Notes: a model not told the origin generated them from the letters alone. DNA of 64,000 bases from Spirochaetia bacterium (GCA_963675665.1 OY776510.1:1600001-1664000); one strand, 5' to 3'. Shown: positions 1 through 10,469, counted from the first letter of the stretch. Numbers and translations are program-made.

Positions 1-1085
1 GTGTAGGCGGCGTGGAAGCCTACAGGCAGGACCTGGAAATTCCGGATAAGTACGGACTAAGCCAGTGTATAGGAGATATTATCGGGCCGGGCGGTATGTT
101 CAGGTTTCTGCGGGCTTATCCGGAGCTGCTTAGAATATGCAAAGACATGGAAGACCTTTGTCCCGATGCGTATTTTTTCAATTATACCAACCCTATGGCA
201 CCGCTGTGCCTTGCGCTTCACAAATCTACAAGCATAAAGGTATTCGGTTTCTGTCACAATGTTCAGAGCACAGCACAGCAGCTTTCGAACTATCTGCAGG
301 TTGACGAATCAAGAATTTCATACTGGGCTGCCGGAATTAACCATATGGACTGGTTTCTTGAATATAAAGTCGACGGCAAGGATGCTTATCCGAAACTGTT
401 TGAAATATCGCAGAATGATGAAGATATAATCAAGCTTGCCGATTATGAGCAGGATTACAAGAGTATGGGGGTAAGGCTTGTTGACCTCGTAAGATTCAAG
501 ATTATGCATAATTTCGGAAGATATCCGTCGGAATCTCCTTTTCACATGTCCGAGTATGTTCCTTACTTTAGAAAAAATGAGAAGATGATTGAGGATTTTC
601 AGGTTACCAACAGATGGTGGTTTGCCCATGAATGTGCAGCTGATGAGTACTTTGAGGAGTTGAAAGGAATGCTTGAGTCGGGGCAGGATATCCCATGTGA
701 GAAAACATTTGAATATGCACCGGAAATTATTCATGCAAATATAACCGGAAAACCTTTCAGGTCAAATCTTAATGTTATGAATACAGGGCTTATATCGAAC
801 CTTCCGGAAAACAGTGTAGTAGAGGTTCCGTGTTATTCGGATACTGAAGGTATTCATCCGTGTTATGTAGGCGAACTTCCCTATGCTCTTGCTGCGTTAA
901 ACCTGACAAATGTTAATATGCATATAGGAATGGCTGAAGCTGCAATAAGCAAGAAAAAACAGAGGATTTATGATGCGGTTAAGATGGATCCGCTGACAGC
1001 TGCCAAACTGACGCTTGATCAGATTGATGATATGGTTGCGGAATTGATAGAGGCCAATGCTGAATACCTTACCGATTTTGAATAG
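1..1085 (+). CDS. GH4 family NAD+-dependent glycosidase (alpha-galactosidase/alpha-glucosidase, MelA-like), 5'-truncated by the window edge
   Basis: The frame is open from the window start (VGGVEA...). GH4 motifs: GD..GPGG.FR.LR, NYTNPM, G(F)CH, AGINH..W, VEVPC, DPL. Confidence 0.88.
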   Translation, partial: VGGVEAYRQDLEIPDKYGLSQCIGDIIGPGGMFRFLRAYPELLRICKDMEDLCPDAYFFNYTNPMAPLCLALHKSTSIKVFGFCHNVQSTAQQLSNYLQVDESRISYWAAGINHMDWFLEYKVDGKDAYPKLFEISQNDEDIIKLADYEQDYKSMGVRLVDLVRFKIMHNFGRYPSESPFHMSEYVPYFRKNEKMIEDFQVTNRWWFAHECAADEYFEELKGMLESGQDIPCEKTFEYAPEIIHANITGKPFRSNLNVMNTGLISNLPENSVVEVPCYSDTEGIHPCYVGELPYALAALNLTNVNMHIGMAEAAISKKKQRIYDAVKMDPLTAAKLTLDQIDDMVAELIEANAEYLTDFE

Positions 1086-1126
1086 AGCCTGACAGTTGAA
1101 GCAGGAAATATAAACGAATGATCCAT

Positions 1127-1152
1127 GCAAGCTGTCCGAAAGGGCAGCTTGC
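1127..1152 (+). terminator. Stem-loop between the GH4 and M24 genes (terminator or mRNA stabiliser)
   Basis: gcaagctgtcc-GAAA-gggcagcttgc, followed by a T-rich stretch. Confidence 0.5.
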
Positions 1153-1181
1153 TGTTTAAGATTTGATTTAGGAGTCGCCGC

Positions 1182-2279
1182 ATGACTGATGAAATAAGAT
1201 TCAAGGAAAAACAGCTTAGGGAATATATGGCTGAAAAAAAGCTCGACGGGATTTTATTTTCCACCAGAGAGTTTTTTTCATGGATAACGGGAGGTTCGGT
1301 AGATTATATAATAGAAACAACCGAGATAGGTGTTGTTGATCTGCTTATTACCCGGGAAGGAAAATACTGTATAGCCAGCAAGATTGAACGGTTCAGAATA
1401 ATGGAAGAAGAGCTTGCCGGGCTTGATTATGAGGTTCTTGAATTCAACTGGTGGGAGTCGGACAATAAAAGCATAGTGGCCGAAGTCATGCATGGTAAAC
1501 GGTTCGGCGCCGATACGGATTTTCCCGGGGGAATTAATGTGTATGAAGAACTGAAGCCCCTGAGATATTCGCTCAGGCCTGAAGAGGTTGAAAGATTCAG
1601 GAAATCTTCATTTGAGTGTGCAGTAGCGCTGGAAGAAACCTGCAGATCGATCAGGGTCGGAATGACGGAATTCGAGATTTGCGGTACGCTAATGAAAAAT
1701 GCCATGGATTTTGGTATTGAACCTGCTGTTGCACTTGTGGCGTCGGATGAAAGAATTTCGAAATACCGGCACCCGATACCGAAAGGAAAAAAGATAGAAA
1801 AATATGTTCTGGTTGTTATATGCGGCAGAAGGGAAGGGTTGATAACAAGCTGTTCAAGGTTTGTTCACTTTGGAGAACCTCCCGCAGAAATAAGGGAAAA
1901 ACACTCAAAAATTATTAGGGTTGATGCTGAATATATTACAAATACGATACCGGGAAGAAAGGTTTCAGACGTATTTAAATTTGCAATGAATAAGTATAAA
2001 GAAATTGGTTATGAAGACCAGTGGCAATTCCTGCATCAGGGAGGTCCGGCAGGATATTCCATACGGGATTATCACGGAACACCCTGCGTGGAAGGTTCTG
2101 TGATGCCCAATCAGGCTTTTGCATGGAACCCTTCTGTGCCGGGAACCAAGTCGGAGGATACAATCATAGCTACGGAAAACGGGCCGGAAATTATTTCTGC
2201 AACAGGGAAATGGCCTGTAGTTGAAGTTACTGCCGGGAACGGTATAAAGGTGGACCGACCGGATATCCTTGTAATGTAA
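1182..2279 (+). CDS. M24 (pita-bread fold) Xaa-Pro peptidase/creatinase-like protein
   Basis: Creatinase-type N-terminal domain; RHP, HQGG, WNPS and KSEDT motifs; SD aggag upstream. Confidence 0.8.
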   Translation: MTDEIRFKEKQLREYMAEKKLDGILFSTREFFSWITGGSVDYIIETTEIGVVDLLITREGKYCIASKIERFRIMEEELAGLDYEVLEFNWWESDNKSIVAEVMHGKRFGADTDFPGGINVYEELKPLRYSLRPEEVERFRKSSFECAVALEETCRSIRVGMTEFEICGTLMKNAMDFGIEPAVALVASDERISKYRHPIPKGKKIEKYVLVVICGRREGLITSCSRFVHFGEPPAEIREKHSKIIRVDAEYITNTIPGRKVSDVFKFAMNKYKEIGYEDQWQFLHQGGPAGYSIRDYHGTPCVEGSVMPNQAFAWNPSVPGTKSEDTIIATENGPEIISATGKWPVVEVTAGNGIKVDRPDILVM

Positions 2280-2315
2280 GAATTATTCCTGCTCTGGCTT
2301 GTTGGATGGGGGCTG

Positions 2316-4640
2316 TCATCTCAACAAGCTTTTGCTGATAGCCGCTCCTGAATCGAGAAATAATTCCTCACCATAAAGCAGTATCGAAATATCTCCGGAA
2401 GAGTTGTTTTTTATTTCGATATCCGATTGTCCTACACTGATTGTCAGCGTATGTCCAAGATGAAAGAGCTTAAAACTATATGATGTCCAGGCTACCGGAA
2501 TTGCAGGACTTAGACTTAATCTGGTTCTGTCATATCTCAAGCCTCCGAATCCCATTACAATGGCCATCCAGCTGCCGCTCATGCTTGTAATATGGCAGCC
2601 GTCCCTGGCGTCATTGTTATAATCATCCAAATCCAGTCTTGCGGTTCTTAAGTACATTTCATAGGCTTTTTCAGAGTAACCTAACCTGGAGGCTATAATT
2701 GAGTGAACACATGGTGAAAGTGAAGATTCATGTACGGTTCTCGGTTCATAATAATCAAAATTGTTCCTTATCGTCTCCTGATCAAATTCATTTTCAAATA
2801 AAAACATTCCCTGTAAAACATCCGCTTGTTTAATAAAGGGTGAACGCAGGATTCTGTCCCAGGACCAGTTCTGATTAATCGGCATTTCATCAGACGAGAG
2901 ATCAGAAACGGTAAGGTTTTCTTTATCAAGGTAACCATCCTGCTGCAAAAAGATTTTACGATCGTTATCATAGGGCAGATATAACTGTTCACTGACTTTC
3001 CTGAAATTATTGAGTTCATCAGAATCCAATTTTAATCTCAAAGCAACAGCTTTATATGCAGCCGGATTCTTTTTCTTCAGCTCGACGCAGACCGAATGCG
3101 TATAGGAAAGGCACCATGATGCTATTTTATTTGTATACCAGTTGTTGTTTACATTATTCTCATATTCATTGGGCCCTGTAACTCCGAGTATTACATATTT
3201 GCCTTTAACCTCTGAAAAACTTGCCCGCTGAACCCAGAACCTGGAAATACCCGCCAGAACATCTATTCCGTAATCTTCAAGATATCTCTCGTCACCGGTA
3301 CAGTTTACATAATTGAAGACAGCATAAGCTATTGCCCCGTTACGGTGAATCTCCTCGAACGTTATTTCCCATTCATTGTGACATTCCTCGCCGTTCATCG
3401 TAACCATGGGATATAACGCTGCCCCGTCGGTAAAACCCAGTTTCCCGGCATTTTCAATAGCCTTTTCAAGATGATTATATCTGTACATAAGAAGGTTTCG
3501 GGCAATGCTCTGCTCCGAGGTGCCGAGATAGAACGGAAGACAAAAGGCTTCAGTGTCCCAATATGTAGAACCGCCGTACTTTTCTCCGGTAAATCCTTTG
3601 GGGCCGATATTCAACCTTGCATCCTTTCCCGTATAGGTCTGGTTCAACTGAAAAATATTGAATCTGATGCCCTGCTGGGCTGCAACTTCTCCGTCAATTA
3701 CCAGATCAGAATGGCTCCATATATCAAGCCATTTCTGACTGTGTTCTGTTGCCAGTTCCCGAAAGCTTTTTCCGGCATTTTTTGCAAGCAGCTGCTTTCC
3801 AAGCTGCTTAAGTTCTTTTTTGGGATGGTCTCTTGTCGTCATGCAGGAGACATATTTTTCCAGACGGAATATTTCTCCGGCTTTAATCTCAAGTTCAAAA
3901 CTTCTTGAAACAAAGCCCGCCTCAACATGATCTTTGATGCCTGCATAAAAGTCAGCCGAAGGTTCTTGACCATTGATTGATAAACGATGAGAAGCAGTTA
4001 CAAACAGAGAATATTCTGTCTTCCTTGTTGTTAATGAAACCATCATATATTGTTTATCAGTATCCTGAAAATTATGCTCCCAAAAGAACTCATCATAGTT
4101 TGCATCTTCGTTCTGAACATTGCCGTCCAAAACCGAGTTTATCTGAAGTAAAGCATTCCTTTCAGGGCAGCTGATTGAATAGCTCAAAGCGCCCAATTCC
4201 GCCTGAGACAGGCTAACAAAGCGGCAGGCATCTACAGTCACAGTGGTGCCGTCCGGAAGGCGGGTCTTGAAACTTCTGTTTAATATCCCGTTCTGCATAT
4301 CCAGATCACGCTTGAATTCAATAATCCCGGTCTTCGCAAGATCGAGAATTTGTCCGTTTATCTTTATCTCAAGACCTGTCCAGTTTACAGAGTTGAGGAC
4401 CTTCGCAAAGTATTCCGGATAACCGTTCTTCCACCATCCGACCCTGGTTTTGTCGGGATAATAAATTCCGGCCATATATGTTCCCTGAAGACTGTCTCCG
4501 CTGTAGCTTTCTTCAAAATTACCCCTCATCCCCATATGTCCGTTGCCAATGCTGAAAATGGATTCGGAGATCCGGTTATTCTCGGGATGAAATCCATTTT
4601 CAATAATATGCCATGGATCTTTTTCCAAATAAGTCTTCAT
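2316..4640 (-). CDS. GH65 maltose phosphorylase (774 aa; true start MKTYLEKDPW at 4640)
   Basis: ESIFSIGNG.MG.RG, KGFTGEKYGG.TYWDTE, EWEITFEEIHRN, GPNEYENN, IKQADV and HESSLSP motifs; lies downstream of a maltose ABC system. Confidence 0.92.
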   Translation of the reverse strand: MKTYLEKDPWHIIENGFHPENNRISESIFSIGNGHMGMRGNFEESYSGDSLQGTYMAGIYYPDKTRVGWWKNGYPEYFAKVLNSVNWTGLEIKINGQILDLAKTGIIEFKRDLDMQNGILNRSFKTRLPDGTTVTVDACRFVSLSQAELGALSYSISCPERNALLQINSVLDGNVQNEDANYDEFFWEHNFQDTDKQYMMVSLTTRKTEYSLFVTASHRLSINGQEPSADFYAGIKDHVEAGFVSRSFELEIKAGEIFRLEKYVSCMTTRDHPKKELKQLGKQLLAKNAGKSFRELATEHSQKWLDIWSHSDLVIDGEVAAQQGIRFNIFQLNQTYTGKDARLNIGPKGFTGEKYGGSTYWDTEAFCLPFYLGTSEQSIARNLLMYRYNHLEKAIENAGKLGFTDGAALYPMVTMNGEECHNEWEITFEEIHRNGAIAYAVFNYVNCTGDERYLEDYGIDVLAGISRFWVQRASFSEVKGKYVILGVTGPNEYENNVNNNWYTNKIASWCLSYTHSVCVELKKKNPAAYKAVALRLKLDSDELNNFRKVSEQLYLPYDNDRKIFLQQDGYLDKENLTVSDLSSDEMPINQNWSWDRILRSPFIKQADVLQGMFLFENEFDQETIRNNFDYYEPRTVHESSLSPCVHSIIASRLGYSEKAYEMYLRTARLDLDDYNNDARDGCHITSMSGSWMAIVMGFGGLRYDRTRLSLSPAIPVAWTSYSFKLFHLGHTLTISVGQSDIEIKNNSSGDISILLYGEELFLDSGAAISKSLLR

Positions 4641-4648
4641 GCCGATAT

Positions 4649-5506
4649 CTATCCTTTTACTGAGCCGGCGACCATCCCTTTGATAATTTTTTTCTGGGCC
4701 AGCAGAAACAGAATTATTACAGGAATCATTGCCATCAGAATAGCGGTTAAAATTAAATCCCATTGTTTTACATAAGCGCCGGCAAAATTGGCTACGGCAA
4801 GGGGCAAAGTCTGAATCCTGTTCCCCTTCCCCAGTATCAGCAGCGGTAGAAGGAAATCGTTCCATATCCAGATTCCGTGAAGGATGCAAATCGTAGCATG
4901 AACCGGGGTTAACAGTGGAAATATTATCTTAAAAAATACTGCCGGTTTGGAACAGCCGTCAATAATTGCGGCTTCTTCAAGTTCATAAGGAATGCCCTTT
5001 ATAAAACCATGATATACAAAAACCGAAAGCGAAAGACCGAAGCCAAGATACGCAAAGATAATTCCGGCATATGAACGCAGCAGCTTGATGCCGGTAACCT
5101 CATAGATTACCCTGAACCAGGAAATTAATGGGAACATGACAATCTGAAACGGAATTACCATGGCAGCAACAAATACAAGAAAGATGATTTTACTGGATTT
5201 TGTTTTTGTTCTAACCAAAACCCATGCTGCCATTGACGGAAAAATTGTAACGGTAACCAACGAGACCGCCGTGATCAGGATTGATGAAAAAAATGACGAC
5301 CCATACCTTATATTTTCACTTACCAGTATGGTTTTCATGTTTGTCAGAATCTGTCCCCAGTGTTCAGGGAGCTTCATCGGATATTGTGTGACGCTGAAGG
5401 AATCCTTTGCTGAATTTATGAAAACAATAATGAACGGATAGAGAAAAAGGACCAGTAAAACAAGCATCAGAGCTTCTATAAGATATAATCCGATTTTTTT
5501 GTTCAC
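4649..5506 (-). CDS. Carbohydrate ABC transporter permease (MalG-like)
   Basis: EAA loop (ELEEAAIIDGCS), WNDFL motif, 6 TM segments. Confidence 0.92.
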   Translation of the reverse strand: MNKKIGLYLIEALMLVLLVLFLYPFIIVFINSAKDSFSVTQYPMKLPEHWGQILTNMKTILVSENIRYGSSFFSSILITAVSLVTVTIFPSMAAWVLVRTKTKSSKIIFLVFVAAMVIPFQIVMFPLISWFRVIYEVTGIKLLRSYAGIIFAYLGFGLSLSVFVYHGFIKGIPYELEEAAIIDGCSKPAVFFKIIFPLLTPVHATICILHGIWIWNDFLLPLLILGKGNRIQTLPLAVANFAGAYVKQWDLILTAILMAMIPVIILFLLAQKKIIKGMVAGSVKG

Positions 5507-6423
5507 AGCTCAATCTCCTTCTTTTTATTGATACTGACCTGTATCATTGTCACTATCACCAAAACGATAAAAAATATTACAGCCCGGGCCTGACCTGCAG
5601 CAAGATTATTGGAAACAAAGGCTGTACGATATATATTCATTGCCAGAAGTTCGGTTCCATAGATGGGTTTATCCATGAATAAAGTAGCCGGTCCTCCGGC
5701 AGTCAGCGAATAGTTGACATCAAACTGTTTAAACGAATTAACCAGAGTCAAAAACATTGTGATCGTAAATGCCTGCGAAATCATGGGCATTGTAATATTT
5801 CGGAATCTCTGCCAGCCGTTGACGCCGTCAATCTTTGCGGCTTCATAAAGTGATGCAGGGACTGCTTCAATGGCTGCCACGTAGATCATCATTATGTAGC
5901 CCGCATACTGCCATGTTGAGACAATTACCAGGGCGATTATTGATGTTTTGACCTTGCTGAGCAACAGATTTTCGGGATTTTGAAGAAAGCTGAAAGCAGG
6001 AATCATCTTCCCTATAGCCGGCACAGCATTATTGAAAATAAACTGCCAGAGAAATCCGAGTATTAAACCTCCGATAAGATAGGGAATAAAAAACCCCACG
6101 CGATGAATGTTTTTCAGTTTGAGTTTGCTGGTAACAACCAGCGCAAGCGCTACAGCGACAATATTGATAATAATGACGTTTATAACGGTAAATATTGTTG
6201 TGATAAGAAATGAATACAGGAAAGCGGGATCTGAAAAACTCTCTGTGAAATTTTTCAATCCGATAAATTTAACATCAGCTCCTGCCCTTGCTGTGGCATT
6301 CCAGTCGGTTAACGAATAGAAAGCACCGATAAAAAATGGAATAACGATAATTATTATAAATGCCAGTAGTACAGGAGCAAGAAACAACCAGAATGTAAGA
6401 TCGTTTCCGTTTAATTTTTTCAT
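5503..6423 (-). CDS. Carbohydrate ABC transporter permease (MalF-like)
   Basis: LYEAAKIDG..WQRFRNITMP motif, hydrophobic TM segments. Confidence 0.92.
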   Translation of the reverse strand: MKKLNGNDLTFWLFLAPVLLAFIIIIVIPFFIGAFYSLTDWNATARAGADVKFIGLKNFTESFSDPAFLYSFLITTIFTVINVIIINIVAVALALVVTSKLKLKNIHRVGFFIPYLIGGLILGFLWQFIFNNAVPAIGKMIPAFSFLQNPENLLLSKVKTSIIALVIVSTWQYAGYIMMIYVAAIEAVPASLYEAAKIDGVNGWQRFRNITMPMISQAFTITMFLTLVNSFKQFDVNYSLTAGGPATLFMDKPIYGTELLAMNIYRTAFVSNNLAAGQARAVIFFIVLVIVTMIQVSINKKKEIEL

Positions 6424-6455
6424 ATACTTCCCCTCCGGATTTCCTCCTGAAGAAT

Positions 6456-6484
6456 AAAAAGGAGCCCGGTTCGGACTGGGCTCC
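6456..6484 (-). terminator. Intrinsic terminator/stabilising hairpin after the solute-binding gene
   Basis: Minus strand: ggagcccagt-ccga-accgggctcc followed by TTTTT. Confidence 0.7.
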
Positions 6485-6520
6485 TCATACTGACAGGCTC
6501 AGGAATCCTCAAGTGTCTTT

Positions 6521-7780
6521 TTATTTTAGGCTCTCGAACGCTGCAGTCATAAACTGTATAAACTGGGCCTTTGTTATAGAACCGTTTGCGAACTGATTAT
6601 AGATAGGTGCAAGTGTCTGGTCCCTGAAGTCATTGGTGAAATAATACTGGTTCCAGGAATAAACCTTGCCTGCCGCAGCCCACTGCTGAACAGATTTGGA
6701 AAGCTGTCCGGAAGGATTGAGGGATATATTTGAGTATGCAGGAATCATGCCCGCCTTATTGACCATATAATCATTGCCTTCTGAAGTGAACACAAGATCA
6801 TTCAGGAATTTCTTTGCAGCTTCAATGTTTTTGGAATCCTTGTTTATGACATAGAAAGAAGGTGCTGCGACAAAAATACCGTCAGTTGGCGTAGACATTG
6901 AACCGTGGGGTGCAAAGGCCATCTTGAAAGTAGCATTGGCTGCCGCCATATTCGGATCTGTCCAGTTTCCCTGATGCAGGAAAGCTGCCTTGCCTGTAGC
7001 AAAAGCTCCTACCTGTGCATCATAATTCCCGGTTGTCAGTACAGTTTTGTCTGCATAAGTGAACAGAAGCTCTACCCAATCCGCATAGTCTTTCAGTCTC
7101 TTTGCATCAACTTTTCCTGCAAGCAGATCGTTTACAACAGAGAGATCTCCATATTTAAGACCGTTAGACAGAAGAGAATTGAAATTATGGTGGGCAGTGA
7201 CCCATCCCATGTCAGCGCTTGCAGCCATTGAGATAACGGAGTCTATTCCCAGTTCGGCTTTCATCGAATCAATCTTTGAACAGGCGCTCTTGTAGGCGGA
7301 GATCGTTGTCAGGGAGGCGGGATCAACACCGGCTTTGGCAAGAATATCCACATTATAGGCCATTCCCCAGCCTTCTACGGCAACAGGAAAACCATAAACC
7401 TTGCCGCCGTTTTTAAAAGCGACGGATGTCTTTTCCGCCCATTTCTCATTTGAAAGATCAAGGATTATTGATTCCCATTCTTTATAATCTTCAACACCTG
7501 CTATTACAAAAATATCAGGCATTTCACCTGCTGCATAATCCGCGCGCAACTGCTGTCCGAGATCGGCCCCGGTTGATCCTCCGACGGATTTAATTGTAAT
7601 TTTGACTCCGGAATTCCCGGTCCAGACCTTGCCGTATGCCTGCAGTGCGGCGTCAATCTCCGGTTTGTTCTGCATCAATGTGATAGGGCTGTTGTCCCCA
7701 CCTGATTCCTGGGTTCCGCCTGTAAAAGACAGGCCGGCAGTCAGCGTCAATAACAATAGTACTATTAGTGCTTTTTTCAT
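6521..7780 (-). CDS. Maltose/maltodextrin-type ABC solute-binding protein
   Basis: Signal peptide MKKALIVLLLL..., SBP family 1 features (PDIF, QGNW). Start placed at 7780, behind SD aaggag. Confidence 0.88.
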   Translation of the reverse strand: MKKALIVLLLLTLTAGLSFTGGTQESGGDNSPITLMQNKPEIDAALQAYGKVWTGNSGVKITIKSVGGSTGADLGQQLRADYAAGEMPDIFVIAGVEDYKEWESIILDLSNEKWAEKTSVAFKNGGKVYGFPVAVEGWGMAYNVDILAKAGVDPASLTTISAYKSACSKIDSMKAELGIDSVISMAASADMGWVTAHHNFNSLLSNGLKYGDLSVVNDLLAGKVDAKRLKDYADWVELLFTYADKTVLTTGNYDAQVGAFATGKAAFLHQGNWTDPNMAAANATFKMAFAPHGSMSTPTDGIFVAAPSFYVINKDSKNIEAAKKFLNDLVFTSEGNDYMVNKAGMIPAYSNISLNPSGQLSKSVQQWAAAGKVYSWNQYYFTNDFRDQTLAPIYNQFANGSITKAQFIQFMTAAFESLK

Positions 7781-7808
7781 TTTTGAACACTCCTTCATTA
7801 TTAATTAG

Positions 7809-7824
7809 TGAAAGCGTTTGCGCA
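7809..7824. promoter_or_regulatory. LacI/MalR-type operator 1
   Basis: tgaaagcgtttgcgca, a CG-centred LacI-type palindrome just upstream of the binding-protein gene. Confidence 0.65.
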
Positions 7825-7935
7825 TCACTCATTAATTTATAGCATCGTTTGTGCTATAGGTCAAGAAATTGTTCGATAAAATGCCTTAAAATCCTTTTTA
7901 ATGGCAATATTTGTATATTATTTTCAATATCAAAG

Positions 7936-7947
7936 GCAAGCGTTTGC
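7936..7947. promoter_or_regulatory. LacI/MalR-type operator 2
   Basis: gcaagcgtttgc, sharing the aagcgtttgc core with operator 1, in the divergent intergenic region. Confidence 0.65.
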
Positions 7948-8028
7948 ACTTTAATGTTGAATCTATAAAAGAATAATTGCACAAACAGACTATTCTGTAT
8001 AAAATCATACTTCATAGGGGGTATATAA

Positions 8029-9042
8029 TTGAAATCCAATATTAAAGATGTAGCAAAACTTGCGGGAGTTTCCCCCTCTACCGTTTCACGGGTAATCCAT
8101 AATAATACAAGGATAAGCGAAAATACAAAAATAAGAGTAAGAGAAGCAATGGAGGAGCTTGGATATATACCGAATGCCGCTGCCAGTTCGCTGGCCGGGC
8201 ATACTCCGAAAACCCTGGGGCTGGTACTGCCTAATAATCCCGGAGAACTTTTCAAAAATCCGTTTTTTATCAATGCCATGCGCGGAATCTCAGTTTACGC
8301 TCAGCAGCAGGGGTATTTTCTGTTATACTCATTCTCCAGCGACGAGGAAGACGAGATTCAATTTATCAGGAATTACATAAACAGCGGATGGATCTCGGGT
8401 GTAGTGCTTCTTACAGCAAGAAAGAACGACAGATGCGTTGAATATCTTAGGCAGTCGGAGTTTCCGTTTGTGCTGATAGGACACGCTGAAGATCCGATTA
8501 ATACCAACTGGGTAGATAACGACAATTTTCAGGCAATGTACCAGGTAGTTAATTACCTTATTGAAAAAGGTCACCGGAAAATCGGTTTTGTCGGGGGGCC
8601 TGAAACATTCAGGGTTACACAGGACCGATATAACGGTTATCTTCAGGCACTTAACAGCAGGGGCTTTGTACCTGATGAAGAACTGATATTTATGGGAGAT
8701 GATTTTAGTGAGGGTTCCGGTATAAAAGGCGCTGAAAAAATTCTTAAAAACACGTTGCCGGATGCCATAGCTACTACTGACGACCAATTGGCGTTCGGTG
8801 TATTGGGGTTTCTTGAAGCCAACCGGATAGAAGGACTCGCCGTAACCGGTTTTAATAATACAGTCAGGAGCATGTATCAAAAACCGACGCTGACATCCGT
8901 TGATATAAATCCGGAACTGTTGGGTGAGCGTGCCGCGGAACTTCTTATCAACCTTCTTGAATCAGACAAATCAAAACGAAAAGATATTGTTCCGAATCAT
9001 TACCTTGTTCCAGCGAAGCTGATTCCGCGCGAGACGGCCTGA
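8029..9042 (+). CDS. LacI family repressor (MalR-like)
   Basis: IKDVAKLAGVSPSTVSRV HTH, NPFF, DNDN; divergent from the maltose operon. Confidence 0.92.
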   Translation: MKSNIKDVAKLAGVSPSTVSRVIHNNTRISENTKIRVREAMEELGYIPNAAASSLAGHTPKTLGLVLPNNPGELFKNPFFINAMRGISVYAQQQGYFLLYSFSSDEEDEIQFIRNYINSGWISGVVLLTARKNDRCVEYLRQSEFPFVLIGHAEDPINTNWVDNDNFQAMYQVVNYLIEKGHRKIGFVGGPETFRVTQDRYNGYLQALNSRGFVPDEELIFMGDDFSEGSGIKGAEKILKNTLPDAIATTDDQLAFGVLGFLEANRIEGLAVTGFNNTVRSMYQKPTLTSVDINPELLGERAAELLINLLESDKSKRKDIVPNHYLVPAKLIPRETA

Positions 9043-9122
9043 TGTAAATGTTGTTCCGGCCACGGCGGCTGAGGCAGTAATTATGCTGTTAAATAGAAGA
9101 GATTGTTCCTTTCTTTAGAATA

Positions 9123-10157
9123 TCAGTGTTGATTAAAATCCTTAACACTGTTTCTTGTTATAAGCTTTCCACCGATGAGGGTTTTTCGCGGCGGGGGGCT
9201 TGATTCTCTGCCGCATTTCAGCAGAAGCATATCGAAGGCTGTCTGGCCGATTTCCTTTTTTGATACATTTATTGTAGTTAATCCCGGAGAAACCATCGAG
9301 GACATGGGAAGGTTGTCGAAAGCGGCAATCGAAACATCATCCGGAATTGAATATCCGGCTTCCTGCAGTGCGCGCATGCAGCCCATCGCAATGATGTCGT
9401 TTATCGCAAAGAACACAGTCGGAAGTTCGGGTTTAGCCTGCAGGAAATTTTTGAAATCAGAATAGGCGTTCTCAAATGTGGAGTCGACATCAATTATATA
9501 TTTTTCATTAACATCCAGTCCGACGCTGTCCATCACCTGGCGGAACGCTTTCTCCCGCAATTGAAAATTTCTTGTATTGACGCTGCTTTTTATCAGGCCA
9601 ATTTTTTTATGTCCAAATTGGATGAAATGGTTGATAAGCTTGTATACTGCGTCGGTATTGTTCATATCTACAAAATCAGCAGAAATATAATCAAGAAATG
9701 TGTCTACAAAAACAATATCCTTTCCGGTTTTTAAAAAGGCCCTGATGTCTTCTTCGCTGAGTTCGGTTCCGAGTATGAGGTATCCGGTTATCTGGGGCGA
9801 TTCGATGATTTTTGTTATTATTGAATCGAGCGGAGTTTCTGAACCGTAGGCTTCGACTTCAAGCACAGTGCCGCTTTCGGATGCAATTGACGTAATGCCC
9901 TCAACGTAAGCATCGATAAAGTAATTATGGTTTTTGTTTATTGTATGACCATGCCGGGAAATCTTGAGAAAACGAACAATCACGTCCGTATCGGGTGATA
10001 CTATTCTGGAAAGCGGTTCATAACCGAGTTCCCTTGCTACATCCATAACCCGGCTGCGGGTTTCAGCGCTTACGCCGGGTTTATTGTTAATTGCCAACGA
10101 TACTGCTGCTGACGAGACCCCTGCTTTATCGGCAATATCCTTAATGGTTATTTTCAT
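9123..10157 (-). CDS. LacI family transcriptional regulator
   Basis: TIKDIADKAGVSSAAVSLAIN HTH; IPDDVSIAAFDN. Confidence 0.9.
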   Translation of the reverse strand: MKITIKDIADKAGVSSAAVSLAINNKPGVSAETRSRVMDVARELGYEPLSRIVSPDTDVIVRFLKISRHGHTINKNHNYFIDAYVEGITSIASESGTVLEVEAYGSETPLDSIITKIIESPQITGYLILGTELSEEDIRAFLKTGKDIVFVDTFLDYISADFVDMNNTDAVYKLINHFIQFGHKKIGLIKSSVNTRNFQLREKAFRQVMDSVGLDVNEKYIIDVDSTFENAYSDFKNFLQAKPELPTVFFAINDIIAMGCMRALQEAGYSIPDDVSIAAFDNLPMSSMVSPGLTTINVSKKEIGQTAFDMLLLKCGRESSPPPRKTLIGGKLITRNSVKDFNQH

Positions 10158-10386
10158 AAAAAATCCTGAATAGTAAAATTGAACTTAATTTTAACTTAAC
10201 TTTCAGTATATTACAACTAAAAAAATGAGAGCAGAAGACATTATTTTTAATTAATAAAATGGAAAAAGCCCCAAAAATTAGAAGTAAAAGGAAGAATGCG
10301 TTATATATTGATATATATTTAACTAAATAATATCTAAAAAGCTCTAAAAAGAGAACTAAACACAAGCTAAATATTTAGAATAATCC

Positions 10387-10421
10387 TTGACAACAGAAAG
10401 ATGTAAAGTTAAGATAACTTT
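10387..10421 (+). promoter_or_regulatory. Sigma70 promoter with an overlapping palindromic operator
   Basis: TTGACA(10387)-17 nt-TAAGAT(10410). Palindrome aaagtta-aga-taacttt at 10405-10421; a related site ttaacttaacttt lies at 10191-10203 near the regulator gene. Confidence 0.65.
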
Positions 10422-10469
10422 GTGTCCTCATTCCTGAGGAATTAAAAAAAACAATTTAGGAGGTCGATC

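Noticed and set aside
4641-4889. 83-aa N-terminal extension of the GH65 ORF
   Set aside because: It overlaps the permease in another frame; family similarity begins at MKTYLEKDPW
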